Assembly (NCBI GenBank): GCA_964187785.1
Contig: OZ076409.1
Span: 46,502,001-46,566,000, forward strand
Length of the DNA: 64,000 nucleotides
Reading direction: 5' to 3'
From: Amphiscolops sp. MND2022
Lineage: Eukaryota
In this document: piece after piece, positions 13,380 to 28,200 of the stretch
Layout: each line of letters begins with the position of its first letter
How positions within the stretch are numbered: position 1 is the first letter of the stretch
The notes under the pieces: generated by a model
Seen by the model: only the letters and a program-made list of their open reading frames with translations
The model's database searches: none
What the model was told of the DNA's origin: nothing
Translations under genes and position numbers: made by a program

Positions 13380-16300
13380 TCAATCTAACACCCTTTTCTG
13401 TTCCGGTTTTCTGTTCTTATACAGTTATTATAAAAAAAATATTTCCTCACAGAACAGATACCGCTCTACCTCACGAGATCGAAATCACTATAACAGAAGT
13501 ATTACTCCTCAACATTACACACACCCACGACATAATAGTTATCAACGAGATTCTAGATCGTATCGTTCTCCTTATAGATCACACAGATCACCTTTTAGAC
13601 GCGAGTCTTGTCCCAGATACAGATCACGTATTTATTCAAGAGACAGCAATTTTACAAGATACACTTCTTCATATTGACTTCCTTAAAGACCAAGAGATTC
13701 TAGAGATTCTAGATCTCGCTCTCACTCTAATACAAGGAACGAAGGCAAAACAGTGCAAAGGCAATCGCAAAATGACCTAATTGAAATTGAAGTACAAATG
13801 TATCAACCTACAGAAATGACTAACGTTTTGACACCAACCAGTTGGTTCCACTCAATATACTCACATACCCCAGATAGACATAACAAATTTGATCACCCAT
13901 CCAGACTAGAAATTTATATCCTTTTATTTAGAAAGTGGTGCTTCTATTTCTGTACTTAATTCTGCAACTTATATTACAAGTGCAACACTTCTTATTATAT
14001 CTAGCAAAAACACTAATTTAAATTCCTCCAAAAAGCTAACAGTTGCTAATTGAACACATGTTCCCAAATTACAATATGTAACTCTTACATTGAACACAAC
14101 TATTGATGATAATTCTCGCTGATTCATTATTCCATTTGCAGTAGCTGACATCAAAAATAACTTTTTTGGCACTCCATTTTTCGAAGAATATATACAAAAT
14201 AATAACATACATGACTTTACATTACAGTTTAAAGATCACTCAAATGACTTTCCTAATCACACAAAGTTCACATCACTCCTATCAAAAGATTATCCATACT
14301 TCTCGTACAATTATAGAATCAATTCTAAAACACAAATTCGTTTAAAGCCTGATTCATCCAAGATTGCTCATTTTCCTACAAAAAACTACTGTAACTTCCA
14401 TTTTATTACAACATCAAAAAATCAATTCGTTCCTACTGTACCTCACATCTGTTTTTCTGCAAAGTTTTGTACCATATTTAATTTCATTGAGCCTTTTCAA
14501 AATGACAAACCAGATACATGTGCTACTATTATACGAAATTCTACAAATCCTGTAGCTACCTTCCCCACTGGAAACGTTGGCTACATTGAAGTTCCTATCA
14601 CAAATGAAAAACCTAAAATATATCAAGTACATGCCATTAACATTTTAATACACAATGTTGCACATACATACCATCCTGAACTTACAGAATCCATTGTATC
14701 TACAAATTATGCTTCTCAATATACTGAAGATATATCTTTTTATTCTGAATTTCCACTGAAACAAATTTAAATGACAGCCTCATCTTCAATATCAACAGTA
14801 ACTGGCTCCCTTTATAATGTTCAGCCTACTTCTCACAATACAAAACCGCGCATCTTTCCTTCTCTTCCTTATACTAAAGAAAACATCAAAATCATAAACA
14901 AATTTGACTTCCGTTTTTCTGACTTAACCGACACAGAATATATCACACTTTGTATCTTATTGATAAAACACAAAAATTGTTATGCAACACACAAAAATGA
15001 CGCAGGAAAAATTTCTATTCCATTTAGCATAAGACTCAAACCTAACGCCCAACTTCCCTCTAAAGTTTCCATGCATTATCGAGACAAACTAAATACTCTT
15101 CATAAAGAACTTGGAAAACACAATATTGTTAGGCAAATTGGTTCTTCACCGCATGACAAACCTACTTTTGGAAATTGGAAACAACCTACTTGAATCCACT
15201 CATTATTATTCCAAAGAAGATTCTATCAGATTTGTATTAGACGCACGACAAATCAATTCTAACACAGATCAATCTGACAAATCTTGACCTATTGACCTCT
15301 TGCTCCTCAACTTGCACCCGCAAACAAAAAAGTATAAAGATCCTAAATACGCATTTGCTCATAATCCTTTTGATGAAGAGACAACTTTTTAACTTTTATA
15401 CAAGGCTTTTATGGTCTGAAATCTCTTCCTAACGTCTTTATAGAACAAAGGTCATCTTTCTTCAAAACACTTATTGGCCAAGTTTTGCACTTGTTAACAT
15501 AGATGATATCTTACTTCGTTCAAACACCAAAGAACACATGTTCAAACTGATTGAACAACTTCATCTGATGAGCACAAAACAAAATCTGAAATTGGCTCCA
15601 GAAAAGTCCTTCTTTATGTAACTCAAAGTCAAATCTCTTGAACACGAAATTGTTTATAACACTATGAAACCCATTCACTCAAAAATTGCTGCTATTCACA
15701 AAATTCCATCTCCTATTGGTAAAGTTGCCCTTATGAGTTTACTAGGCGCACTTAACATCTATTCAAAGTTTATCGAAAAATTACACATCAATCCCAAACC
15801 ATTTTACGATCTTTTACACAAAAATACTCCTTCGAACTGGACACCTGAACATGAACTTTTATTTTACATATTAAAATATTTTTTACCTCTGATACTGAAA
15901 GTAAAATAACCAATACTAAACATCCATGTTTTTTTAATTTTGATGCTTCCTCAATTGGATTAGGTGCAGTTCTCTTCCAAGTTAATGAAGAAAACAAAAA
16001 AATTATTTTGTACAACTCTAGAATTCGTAACCCTCAAGAACAAAAACTTTCTACACTCGACCGTGAACAACTCGGTATTGTACACGCACCACAAAGTTAT
16101 GAATTTCTCATTATTGGATATCCGCATCCAATACAAATTTTTACAGATCACAATCCTCTTCTACCTTGTTTTACAAAGAAAGGCAATTTTAGTCCGAATT
16201 ATATCGTGCCCAAATGCAATTAACAAAATTCTCCAAACCTAATTTCTTTCACACACCAGGAAAAAACTTTTCTGTTGCTGAGATGCTTAGCCGATCATTT

Positions 16301-19300
16301 TCAAAAACTGAATTCCAAATTAACCAACCTAAACATAAACAACTACCTATAGCAATTGATTTTGCTATTTTTCAAGCTAGTACTCTTAAACCTGTCCATT
16401 ACTTGATTAAACACGAAGAAGTGCTACCTCATCAAAAACATGATTCTCATCTCATCCTTGCAGATTATTGCTCAGATCAATTTTCAATAGTATTAATGAC
16501 AAAGGTAACGATCTGATTGTTGAACCTTTAGATTCGTTTTTCTAATCGAATCCTTCAAATCTGTTACAGCTTCGAATCTGTTACACCTTTTCAATCAAAA
16601 CTCAAAACACCCATAAAAAAACCACAATAAATCTCCTCACTAAAATTATTTTCTACTCAATGCTACTGACATCATCAGTGATGATTAAGATCATATTTAC
16701 ACAAGAGTACCAAAAGATTCCACACCTTTTACTTCTGACACTACTTTTACTACAGAAAACTAATCTAGAATTTCAAATGCAAAAACTGATACTCCTTCCA
16801 CAAATGCAATTGAAACACAACATCCTATTAAACGTACAACACGTTGTTCACAAATGAATCCATTCTCTGATCCATCATTCGTTAAACACAAAATTTAATT
16901 CCAAGGTTTTTTCTTACGTGATGATTTCTCTTTAGACATAATAACTCTTAAACAACAACAGTCACAAGACCCAGTACTCAAAACCGTATGTTACTGGATA
17001 ACAAAAACACCAAACCAGACTCTTTAACACCTCGAATTACTAGTACTCCATTTTTACACTCTTAATATAAAATCTTTTCACAACTTTTCATCGATGACTA
17101 TACAAACTTTATTAGCTTGTATTCAAAAACAAGTGCCGATTTAATCACTAGCAATCGTAAACACAATTTTTAGTCGGCGCTTTTATAAATTAAAGAGCCC
17201 GACTATTACAGTCACTCGTTTTTTTCTTTAAGACAGACTCGAAGCGACGAACGTTAAAATTAACGCTCAACTACTAAATTCAGTTCTAAACTACTGGACC
17301 TGCAAAGGCAAACGGGGAGCGTATTTAGAATAGTGCAAAGGGTCCCCCCTTTCAGTTACTCCATTTTTATCGTAAGATACAAAACAGGACGAGACTACAG
17401 GGTTTGAGTTTTTTCGGCGCTGTGCGACTTTTTTTTCGAATTTTTTTTGTCTCCAAAGGGTTCCCCTTCAAGTTTTTTGATTTTTTACAGCAAATTGAAG
17501 TTTCAAAAAGCCCAAAAGGTCTCCCCTTTCAAGTTTCTCGGCACTATGAGACTGGCTCAAAATTCTTTTTTTTCGATTTTTCTTTTTTTTTTCAAAAAAC
17601 CCAAAGGGTACCCCCTTTTACAAGTTTAAAAAGTTTGAGTTTTTGAGCCTTAGATATGGCGCCGACTCTAGACTTTCCCGTCTCGTTAAAGCTTCCTCCC
17701 ATTCAGACCCTTCAAAACCACTTTCAACAAACTCCATGACCATTGTCATTCTGGTATCAAAATCACATACAATACTTTCTCACAATTCTATTACTTTCCT
17801 GACCTTGAAAAGTGGCTTTCCTTTTTTATACATGACTGTTTTGAATGTCAGCGTAACAAACCTTTTATAATCAACAAATTCCAAAAGCTGCAGTATAATT
17901 TTTCTCTGAACATGCTCCTTCGTTCAATTACAGAATATCAATGGACACAAATTGCCCTATAAACCCTCCTCCACAGAACAAATCTTACCTTCATGTCATA
18001 TTCGGTGCTTTCAGGCACTTTGTTGTCACTGTTCCTATCAAATCTAGCAACCCCAAAACTGCTGTTAAATCACTTTTACATAACTGGATAATAAAGTTTG
18101 GTCCAGCCATCTACCTTGTCACTGACCGAGGGTCCGAATCTTTTGACACTGATATGGCACATCTTTGCACTCTTATGGGAGTCCGTCATCCTTCTAGAAC
18201 ACCCTATGTTCCTCGAACAAATGGCCTAGTTGAAGTTCAGAACAAAAAGTCTGGCACACATCTGCGTATGTTCTTACAAAATACACCGAAAGATTGGGCT
18301 CACCAAGTCCACATGTATGCCTATGCACACAATTTTCAACCTCTCTCTTCGTTAATTGTTTCGCTTCATGAAATTGTTTTTTGAAATGAAACAAAACCTC
18401 AAATTCCGCTAACTTTTGACCTAAATCGCAACAGAGATACCAACAAATCCTGTATTTCACAATATTGTTCTGAATTGCCCAAACATCTCATTATGATAAA
18501 ACCGACCTCAACCCATTCATTTATAGAACACTCTCTACACCTCTTCAACAATGGTTTCTCGTTGTAGAAACAGCTATGTTACAAATAAATTTATTCTTCA
18601 TTATATTACTACACAATACGCAAGATTAACTCTCAAGCCTAAATTACAAAAACCTATCATGAAGGAAAACCTCTTCCTCTTGGAACTTTTGTACTCAAAC
18701 ACAATTTTTCACACGTTCATTTTCCAGACAAACTTAAACCGGATTGGCCCATAAAAAATACTCCATAGACTTTCTGATGTAACTTATGAACTTCTTTCAC
18801 AAAATGGCTCTTTATGTCATACACACAGAAACTACTTAAAACCTTGTTATCCAAAAGAACCACTTTTATACCCTCACCTTCGTACCTTTATGCGATTTTC
18901 GGACTCTATTTGATATGACATTCTAAAAATGATCAAATGCACCAAATATGATTCATCCCCATTCAATTCAGATGACACACATTCAGATGATACATCTTCA
19001 CAAGAAGATCTTTTTATCACAACCTATTTCATTACCAAATCCTAAACCTCAAGAGAGCTCTTCTTCTGATGACTCAGGATTTCAATCATTTATAAAGACT
19101 CATCAACCTAATCCTCCGTATAGAACACGTCATCATTCTCAAAATGATATCCCAATCCTTCATAATCCCCTTAATCGACAAACCAAGACCCACTCTAATC
19201 TGAGACATCGTTCACGAAAAAATTATCGACTACTCTTACCACAATCTAAATTTTTTGACTTCTGATCAGTCGCTCAAAACTGTTTGAAGTTTTCAAAGCT

Positions 19301-19430
19301 TTTAGTCTGAGCAGAAACTTTCATACTGGAGTCTTCATCCGAATCTCCACCTTCTGCGCCAAGTCTGCCTTCTACTTCAGAACCACAAACACCTATTTCA
19401 TCTCAACCCCGCACCATAGCTTGCAGCTAA
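13380..19430 (+). mobile_element. Decayed Ty3/Gypsy internal region (RS-rich gag-like part, protease, RT, RNase H, integrase)
   Basis: Protease-like FLESGASISVLN (~13925), RT FVLDARQIN and IDDILL (~15230-15520), RNase H FDASSIGLGAVLFQ (~15940), integrase VTDRGSE and PRTNGLVEVQNK (17941-18384). Order is PR-RT-RH-IN; heavily frameshifted. Confidence 0.85.
17165..17688. repeat. Non-coding interspersed insertion interrupting the Gypsy pol (unclassified non-autonomous element)
   Basis: Composition changes abruptly to poly-T tracts and repeated aagggt(c/a)cccctttc motifs between pol fragments. agtcggcgc (17172) and gcgccgact (17659) are inverted. Confidence 0.5.
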
Positions 19431-22400
19431 ATAAAACGATATGTACACCGTAGTTTACCTGAAAAGTTTTAGAGTCAGCATTTTGAGTTTGTTAAGATTG
19501 AAAAACAATAAACAGTATAAATTCTCTTCAATTAGTGGTAGGGAAAAATTTTGTTCTAGTTAGTGGTTCCACGCCAGTTAAACTAAGCTTAGAACAGAGG
19601 CACGAAGCTTACTACTTCCCACACCGAACGTAATGGATCAGAGTCGAAAGCCCCAAAACCCCTTACTTCGCCTTGTGTTTGGCCCAGTGTTCTACAGGTG
19701 GAAGGAGTGAGTAAGGTGGCTGAGAAAATCAAGAACAAAAGTGGATCAGTCTTTGAAAGTAGAGTCCAATACGCGCAACGAACTATGAACTCGAAAATGT
19801 GGTAACGACTGGGGCCCATAACTGAACTAATTGTAGAGCCGAGTGGCTTTCACGTCACTAACCCATTCGCACGCAACGTAGAGGTGTTGTCAAGGCTAAG
19901 TGAACGCGTTAAAAAGGTCACGGGCCCTACCATAACTAGCATGTTTTCCGGAGTCATGTCAGACAAGGTGTCAAAATGAGCAAAATACGGAAATGAATGA
20001 CGCACGTAAGCCAGCCCGAATTTTTGCGAGCTTGTTTTGACAGTGCGTATCTAGTGAATCGAGCTGACGTACGCCCCACTAGCAACAGGTCTCTACTGGA
20101 TGTCACCATGGACAGTTTAAAAGACAGGTCTAAACCAAAAAAAGACAAGTCTTACCCAAAACAAAACAACAACAGCGCGAGACACTAGCGAGTGTGTACT
20201 GCAAGGGAGTGTGAACGCAACTCCGAGAAGAGCGACCTCAGAACTAGGCGCAAGCACACACCCGTTGAGTTTCGGGGTACCGGTGTACAGCACCAGCCGA
20301 AATCCAATTACGGACACGTTGCCTTTGACCACTCCAACGACTCTGCTAGGCTGGGAAGAGAATAATCAGGACAGAGACTAACCCTTTGGGATAGGCAATT
20401 CGCACGCTGCCGTCCCTAGGCTCGGGCGCCCGCATAGACCAGTGGGACCGATCGACAGGTACGCCAAACTGAAGGATGAGCAGTGTGGCCGCGCCAAGAT
20501 CGACTATCACAAGGAGCATCAGAGAGTCAGAAGCAATTAGGGAAGACTTTAGAGATAAACAAGCTAAATTAACCCATGTACAAAAAACAGTAGCACAAGA
20601 AAACGTCAAACTTGCGCAGCCAGTCAGGATGATAATAAAAGAAATGGATGATAGGCGCCGTCAGAAATTACGATGGAAGCACCCATGAGTCAGGGTTAGT
20701 TAGTGTCCTCACTAGCTTCAATTGACGACCTAATAAAGCACTGTGATACATTAACCGACACTCTCACGACGGAAAAAAACTTTATTTTGAAAGAGTGTGC
20801 TTTTCGAGCTGACAATCGTCTGAAATCAATGTTCAAGTTGATGCAATACCGACACTCGGACGCCAACAGTGAACTCATGGCAACCGTGTAGGAGCTAACT
20901 CTTATGGTGAGGGCCGTAGTTGCAGAGTCAGCGGCAGGACCTGGTCGCCCTCCATCAATGCCAAAGGCATCAACATAAGCAAACGCCCCTTCGACAAGTG
21001 CATTTTCCGCACTTCAGCAAGCATATAGAAAGTGGTGGCCCCTCAACCCACTAGCAGGCCCCAACTTAACCAGCAAGGCTCAAACCTTCCGTATACAATA
21101 CAGAGGCAGAGAAAACGAAACGATTCGCCCAAAATCGTTCCGGCGCATTTGAAGCGCTGCGATACGGGGACAGACCCCATGACCGACATATCATCATTCG
21201 ACCCCTTCGTCAGAGGCGCACTGACACCAAGAGATTATTACTCAGACGCCAGTGTTTTTGACCCGCAACTCAAATCTCGCCCTCATTTACGCACAAGAGC
21301 AATATGTAGAGGAACCATTAACAGCAAAAACAATTTGATTCACTGTGCAACAAAATCTACACACGCGCGGCTGTGAAACCACCGAGCAAAACCGGCAACT
21401 CGAAACAAGAAGCTCCATCAATCGTTCTGCAAAAGCAGGTATTGCAGCCTGCATTGCCCCCACAGACAACCAGTTGGCAACAATGACCTCATCAGCAAGC
21501 GTATTAAGGACAAAAACCTCACAGAGCGTAAATCAACTTTACTAGCCGATTGTCCTCTGAAAAATCTAGCAAGAAAACCGTTATAACAGCAAGTGAACTC
21601 ATGCAAAACCAAACCAATTGTTGGATGGATTCTCCGGTCGAACTCACAACCATGAACAGCTCCACTATTCCGCCAACGTTACCTGTTCAAGGGACGGTGG
21701 TATTCTGCAATAACTGCGGACGCACGGATTACTCAGTATCCGAGTGCATGATGCCTCAGTTTATGAGACAGAACGAACAAGTTAGGGCAGCATAGTAAGC
21801 CCAGTCACAAGTCAGACCAAAACAGACTCAAACGACCAGATCATTGCGATCTTCATAGCAAAATCAGGAGACCTTCACGTCCAGTAGTAGTTACTTGAGT
21901 GAAAAAGCAGATACTTGCTACACTAAAAATCGCGGCACCCAAATGCCGTGATTTAATGCCTCCCAAGTGCAAGTCGGAACTCCCGAGGACAATGCAGAGA
22001 CACGCACCGGCGTATGCAATCAACACAGCATTGTCCAAAGCTTTGAAACCACTGCTAGTGGCAAAAGCGACCAAAAATAAACCCACCGAGAATCCTGGCT
22101 CACGCGATGGCAATGTCAATGGACTGAAGATTTTGTTGAAGGGGTTCTTTCAAAAGGCGTACCTTTGAGTAGATCATCGACAAACATTGAATCCCTGAAA
22201 AACGAAGCCAAATACTACATAACCAATACGTCGGAGGCCAAAAGAAACACCTGTGAGAAATTGATTGGTCTTCTCGCACGTATATTGAGAATGGGATCTA
22301 GCAAGAGCTGCATACAGCAACAGATACGCACGCGCAACCGAAACAGCGATCAGAGTTAAATGCAATACTTAGGCGACATGGAAGGCCCGCTCAGCCAAAG

Positions 22401-25299
22401 TTTCCCGAACGAAGAGGTGGCGGTACGATGCTAGGAAATCATGCAGACTTTTATGGCCGGAGTGCGCACTTTCCAACTAAAAAGAAACATCGATCTAATT
22501 TACGCCGAAGAGCAATATGTAGACGAACCATCAATTGTGGAAACACTTACTGTCACTGTGCAACAATATCAACGAACGCGCGGCTGTGACGGCACCGAGC
22601 ATTATCTGGTGTCTCGAAACAAGAAACTCCATCAATATTTCTGCAAAACCAGGTACCGCAGCCTGCAGCGCCCCTAAAGACACCCAGTTGGCAGCAATCA
22701 CCTCATCAGCCAGCGGCTTATGGACAACAACCTCCGAGAGCGTGCTTCAACTCCAGGAACCGATTGTCCTTTGAAAGATCAAGCGTGAAAACCGTTATAA
22801 CAGCAAGTGAACTCATGTAAAACCAATCCAGCCGTTGGATGGATTTTCTGCTCGAACCCACAACCATGAACAGCGCCACTCCTGTAACGTTACCTATTCA
22901 AGGGACAGTGGTATTCTGCGTTAACTGCGGACGCACGGATTACTCAGCTTCTGAGTGCATGATGCTTCAGTGTGTAAGACAGGTCGAGCAAGTTAGAGCG
23001 GCATGGTATGCCCAGTCACAATTCAGACTGAAACAGACTGAAACGATCATATCAGAATGATCTCCATAGCGGAATCAAGAGGCCCTCACGCCCAGTAGAA
23101 GTTGCTTGAGGCAAAAAGCAGGAACTTACAACTCTCAAAGTCACGGCACCCAAATGCCTTGATTTAGGTTCACTTTCAGGATCACTTGCTGCTGTCAGCG
23201 AAACAAAAGTTGCGCCCCAACCAAACACCCAGCCCAGCTATAAAAAAGAGTTCCACAGAAACAGGGTAGCGTCGAAACAATTTCCACACTTCGCCAGAGA
23301 TGATGAAACGCAATTAGCTCCAGTGCAAAAGGGAAAGGTAATAGTTCCGGTCCCAGTAGCAATCAACATTGATGGTGTCGACATGAAGTTCGATGCGATA
23401 GTGGTCGTGGAAGAACACTTTTAGCGCAAGGCATTTACCTGGGAAGACAAGTACTTGGGAAGACAAGTATAAGGTCCTTCATTATAGGCCTCCTAGACAC
23501 TCACGATGAAAAAGTCTCTCTGGTAGTTGCGTTCGGCACCACCCTCCAGGAGCTAATACCACTGTACGTCACGTCTTGGGTGACACAAGATCCTGGTATC
23601 TATCCTCCACTTTAACGCCTATCAAAAATCAAAAACTCGCTTCGCTGCACGCCCTTAGCCTCCTGCCATACAATAATGAAGTCAACACGTGAAAGGTAAA
23701 GCGGTGCTTACTAAATATTTGTTGCAGTCTGTTTCTTCAAAAAAAAAGTAATCTGGCAGGTTTTGAGGTTTCGGCCGAAAATATAAATGCAATGCAGGCA
23801 GAATTAGCGTCATCGTAATTGCCGACAACCAAGGAGCAGAAGATTTCCTTACGCAAAGATACAGATACTCAATTGCGGAAAACAATTCCAGGACCCGACA
23901 CCTCATCACTCTCTTTTGGGGGTAAGAGGCGACGGATAAACTAGCGAGCTTTTTGAGTGAATATGAAGACTTGCCCTTAAAAAACAAATCCGGAAAAGGG
24001 CGATTCAAAGTAGTGAACCACAGGATAGAACGGAACCAGAGGCTGTACTACACCGCAAAGGAGTAGGGCGAACAACCCCAATATTGCGGCAAAAGCTAAT
24101 TAGGAGGTGCCGACTTTGTTGACTCTAGGTTGGGTACAACTTTCCTACTCGTTGTGGGCTAGTGGCTAGTGGGATAGTCATGGTAAAGAAAAAACCGGGA
24201 AGCTTCGCTTTTGCTGTGACTTCCAAAGGCTAATGGACGTGACGCTGAAGAAGGATTTTCCGCTTTCTAGGATAGACGGAAGCCCCTCTAGAATAGGAAA
24301 GGCAAAAGTATTCAATAGCCTTGCCTAAGCGTGGGCCTTCTGAAAGACACCGCTGAAGAAGCGTGATCGGAGAAAGATCTCATTAGCGTATGAGCTAGGC
24401 TTGTTCGAACGGCGACGCATGTCTTTTGGGCTTTCCAATGCATTAGTTGTTTTCTAGAGGTAATTCACCATTGCACCCAGACGGTTGAGAATCACCTTAG
24501 TAAGAATTAGGGACATTTCCGAGTGTCGCAGAGAAGCAGGATTCAAGATGCGTGCCCAGGAAAGCAATTTTGTGCGCACTTGAACCAAGTACCGAAGACA
24601 AGTTTTTTCTACAGAAAGCACAAGTCTAACGCAGAAGCAGTTAGAAAAATCCAGGACTTTGGTTGCACCTTGGCGGCATGAAAAAGTAAAAACTCTGTAG
24701 TACTTCGCACTGTTTCTTCGTGTTCGGTATCTGCTCCTGCGACTACCGATACTTTATCTCTTTTCATGGCGCCAAGATGCATACAATGCAAGAGCTACAG
24801 TGAAAAACCAATTTAACTACTGCAACGAAAAACACCAAGACTCATTTGATTCAGTGAAACATGAGTTAGTTGATGCCACAACGTTAACAGCGCGAAACGA
24901 GTAAGGACATTTTGTGCTACTTATAGATGCTAGTGCAGTCGCAGAAGCTGGAAATCTGCATTAAAAGCAAGAACACAATTGCAAATCTATTTTGCGACCT
25001 ATCGTTTACGAGAGCAAATCAGCAACGCAAACACAACTGAATTACGGTGCCTCGAAACTAGAATTCACTGCGTCTTCTATTTGCGTCTTCTAAAAGTCTT
25101 CCACTTCATCAAAAAACTTCTCTCATACCTTGCAGGTCAAAAATTCACGCTTCGAATAGCACATCTCAAACATTACCACTTCACGACAATTCACAGACCC
25201 CGCGCTTAACATCAAAACGCAGACGGCCTTAGTAGGAGGACGAACGATTACCCGCTCCGAGAAAAGATCATCGAGACTCTACCTGAAGTGAGCAAGGGA

Positions 25300-28200
25300 T
25301 TCAGGTAAAGCGGTGCACTAAATTTTTGTCGCAGTCCATTTCTTCAAAAAATCTGCCAGGTACTGGGTTTCGGCCGAAATTATAAATGCAGTGCAAGCGG
25401 AAATAGCGCCATCGTAATCGCCGACAACCAAAGAGCAGAAGACTTCCTACTGGGTAAAGTTCGTACAAACGTACAACGTTCTCGTGGAATTGACTGCAGT
25501 GCCATGAGAGTCATCATAAGAGACCTAAGAACACAAAAGTTCTTGAACGAATTGCACGGTGTCAAGTAGCAGGAAGCATCCATTGTGGTTTCGTCTCAGG
25601 AAGCAATCTTAGGAGATTTTCGAGCATACAACAATACGGGACCAAAAAAACACAAAGAGTTCCACTTCCGCAACGTGATGATGCATCCTTACGGCGCACG
25701 AATTGACTCCCAGTTTAATTTAGAAGACACGCTAACATTAGTCGGAGAGGAGGGAGTAGTGGTCTTGGCCCTTCAGAACCAAATTTAAAGTGACAGGGTA
25801 CAAGTTAAAACACAAACAGTGAAAGATCAAGCAATGTTTACTAAATTTTTCTTGCAGTCTGTTTCTTCTGAAAAATTAATCTGGCAGGTTTTGAGGTTTC
25901 GGCCGAAATTATAAATGCAATGCAGGCGGATATAGCGTCATCGTAATCGCCGACAACCAAGGAGCAGAAGATTTTGCACTGTGTAGAGTTTGTACAAACG
26001 TACAACGTTCTCGTGGACTTTACAGCACTGCCATGAGAGTCACCATTAGAGACCTAAAAACACAAAGGTTCTTCAACGCGGTGCACGGGGTCAAGCGGCA
26101 GGAAGCATCTTTTGTGGTTTCGTCTGAGGAAGAAGTTTTACATTCTCTCGTGCATACAACGATACGGGACAAAAAAGAAAAGGAGTTCCACTTCCGCAAC
26201 GTGATGATGCATCCTTACGGCGCACAAATTGACTCCCCGTTTGTCTTAGAAGACACACTTACATCAGTCGGAGAGGAGGGAGTACTGTTTTTGGCCCTTC
26301 AGAACCACAAAACACCCGGCAACAGAGATTTCACCAAACATGCTCCAGCATGGAGCCGAAATGTCAACTCCGCTCTTTCAAATAACCTGAGTTCACCTGA
26401 ATTCGTTTCTGGAGAGGAATTTATAGAGCACTTAGCCAGACAGTAGGAAACTCTTGATCTTGTTCGTAGGAACACGCACAAAGCACAATTGGGGCAGAAA
26501 CTGAAGTTCGCCAAACACTTGGAAGCAAGACAATACCATGTGGGCTTTCTGTCATATTCTACAAATAGGTGGTAATCGCAAACCTATATACGCTTGGCGT
26601 GGACCTCATATTGTAACGGACGTATTGGTAACGTCCTAGTTCTCGGGAACGTCATGTGAGCGACCACCTCTTGAAAATTTTTTTACAGAAATGAAGTGAA
26701 TGAATAGAAAGAAATTCTGATTAAACTGATCTTTGTCGCTCAAATAGCTGGCGACGAAACGTCAGTGCCCCTATAAATGTAGTTATTAGTATTGGTAAAA
26801 ACTAGTGTGATTTTTAGTTTAGCCTAATTGTTGTAAGTATGCTTCGGATGATTGCTCATCAAATAGAAACTTCATGCAAGTAGTGTTTTCCTCACGAGAC
26901 ACAACCCTAACGGTTCAAGTACCTGCAAGATGACATCACTCGCACAACTTTTGATGTCACACATTCAAGTACCTGCCTGAGCGATGCAGCACACTTTTCT
27001 TAAAACCGCATATTTTGTTAACTGACAGGTACCTGTTGCGGAGCTGTAAATTACCGATGCTGAACCACTTCTACCATCAATTTTTCTTGTGAATACATAC
27101 ACCAAGTCTTATTATACCTAAATAATCTCAATTCAGTTCTTCATTCCTACCCAGCATTGAATAAGTTATGACTGGTGTAAAAACGTAGAGGAGTTTTTTG
27201 TCAGTTTTTTGAAACAGTGAAAGACTAAGCAATGTTTACTAATTTTTTTTTGCAGTCTGTTTCTGCTAAAAAATTAATCTGGCAGGTTTTGAGGTTTCGG
27301 CCGAAATTATAAATGCAGTGCAAGCGGAATTAGCGCCATCGTAATCGCAGACAACCAAAGAGCAGAAGACTTCCTACTGGGTAAAGTTCGTTCAAACGTA
27401 CAACGTTCTCGTGGAATTGACTGCAGTGCCATGAGAGTCATCATAAGAGACCTAAGAACACAAAGGTTCTTGAACGAATTGCACGGTGTCAAGTAGCAGG
27501 AAGCATCCATTGTGGTTTCGTCTCAGGAAGCAATCTTAGGAGATTTTCGTGCATACAACGATACGGGACCAAAAAACACAAAGAGTTCCACTTCCGCAAC
27601 GTGATGATGCATCCTTACGGCGCACGAATTGACTCCCAGTTTAATTTAGAAGACACGCTAACATTAGTCGGAGAGGAGGGAGTAGTGTTCTTGGCCCTCC
27701 AGAACCAAATTTAAAGTGACAGGGTACAAGTTAAAACACAAACAGTGAAAGATTAAGCAATGTTTACTAAATTTTTCTTGCAGTCTGTTTCTTCTAAAAA
27801 ATTAATCTGGCAGGTTTTGAGGTTTCGGCCGAAATTATAAATGCAATGCAGGCGGATATAGCGTCATCGTAATCGCCGACAACCAAAAAGCAGAAGATTT
27901 CCTACTGGGTAAAGTTTGTACAAACGTACAACGTTCTCGTGGACTTTACAGCACTGCCATAAGAGTCACCATTAGAGACCTAAAAACACAAAGGTTCTTC
28001 AACGCGATGCACGGGGTCAAGCGGCAGGAAGAATCTTTTGCGGTTTCGTCTGAGGAAGAAGTTTTACATTCTCTCGTGCATACGACGATACGGGACAAAA
28101 AAGAAAAGGAGTTCCACTTCCGCAACGTGATGATGCATCCTTACGGCGCACAAATTGACTCCCCGTTTGTCTTAGAAGACACACTAACATCAGTCGGAGA

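Noticed and set aside
19430..19600. Possible LTR/PBS for the second Gypsy relic
   Set aside because: No second copy, TSD or convincing PBS could be found in the window.
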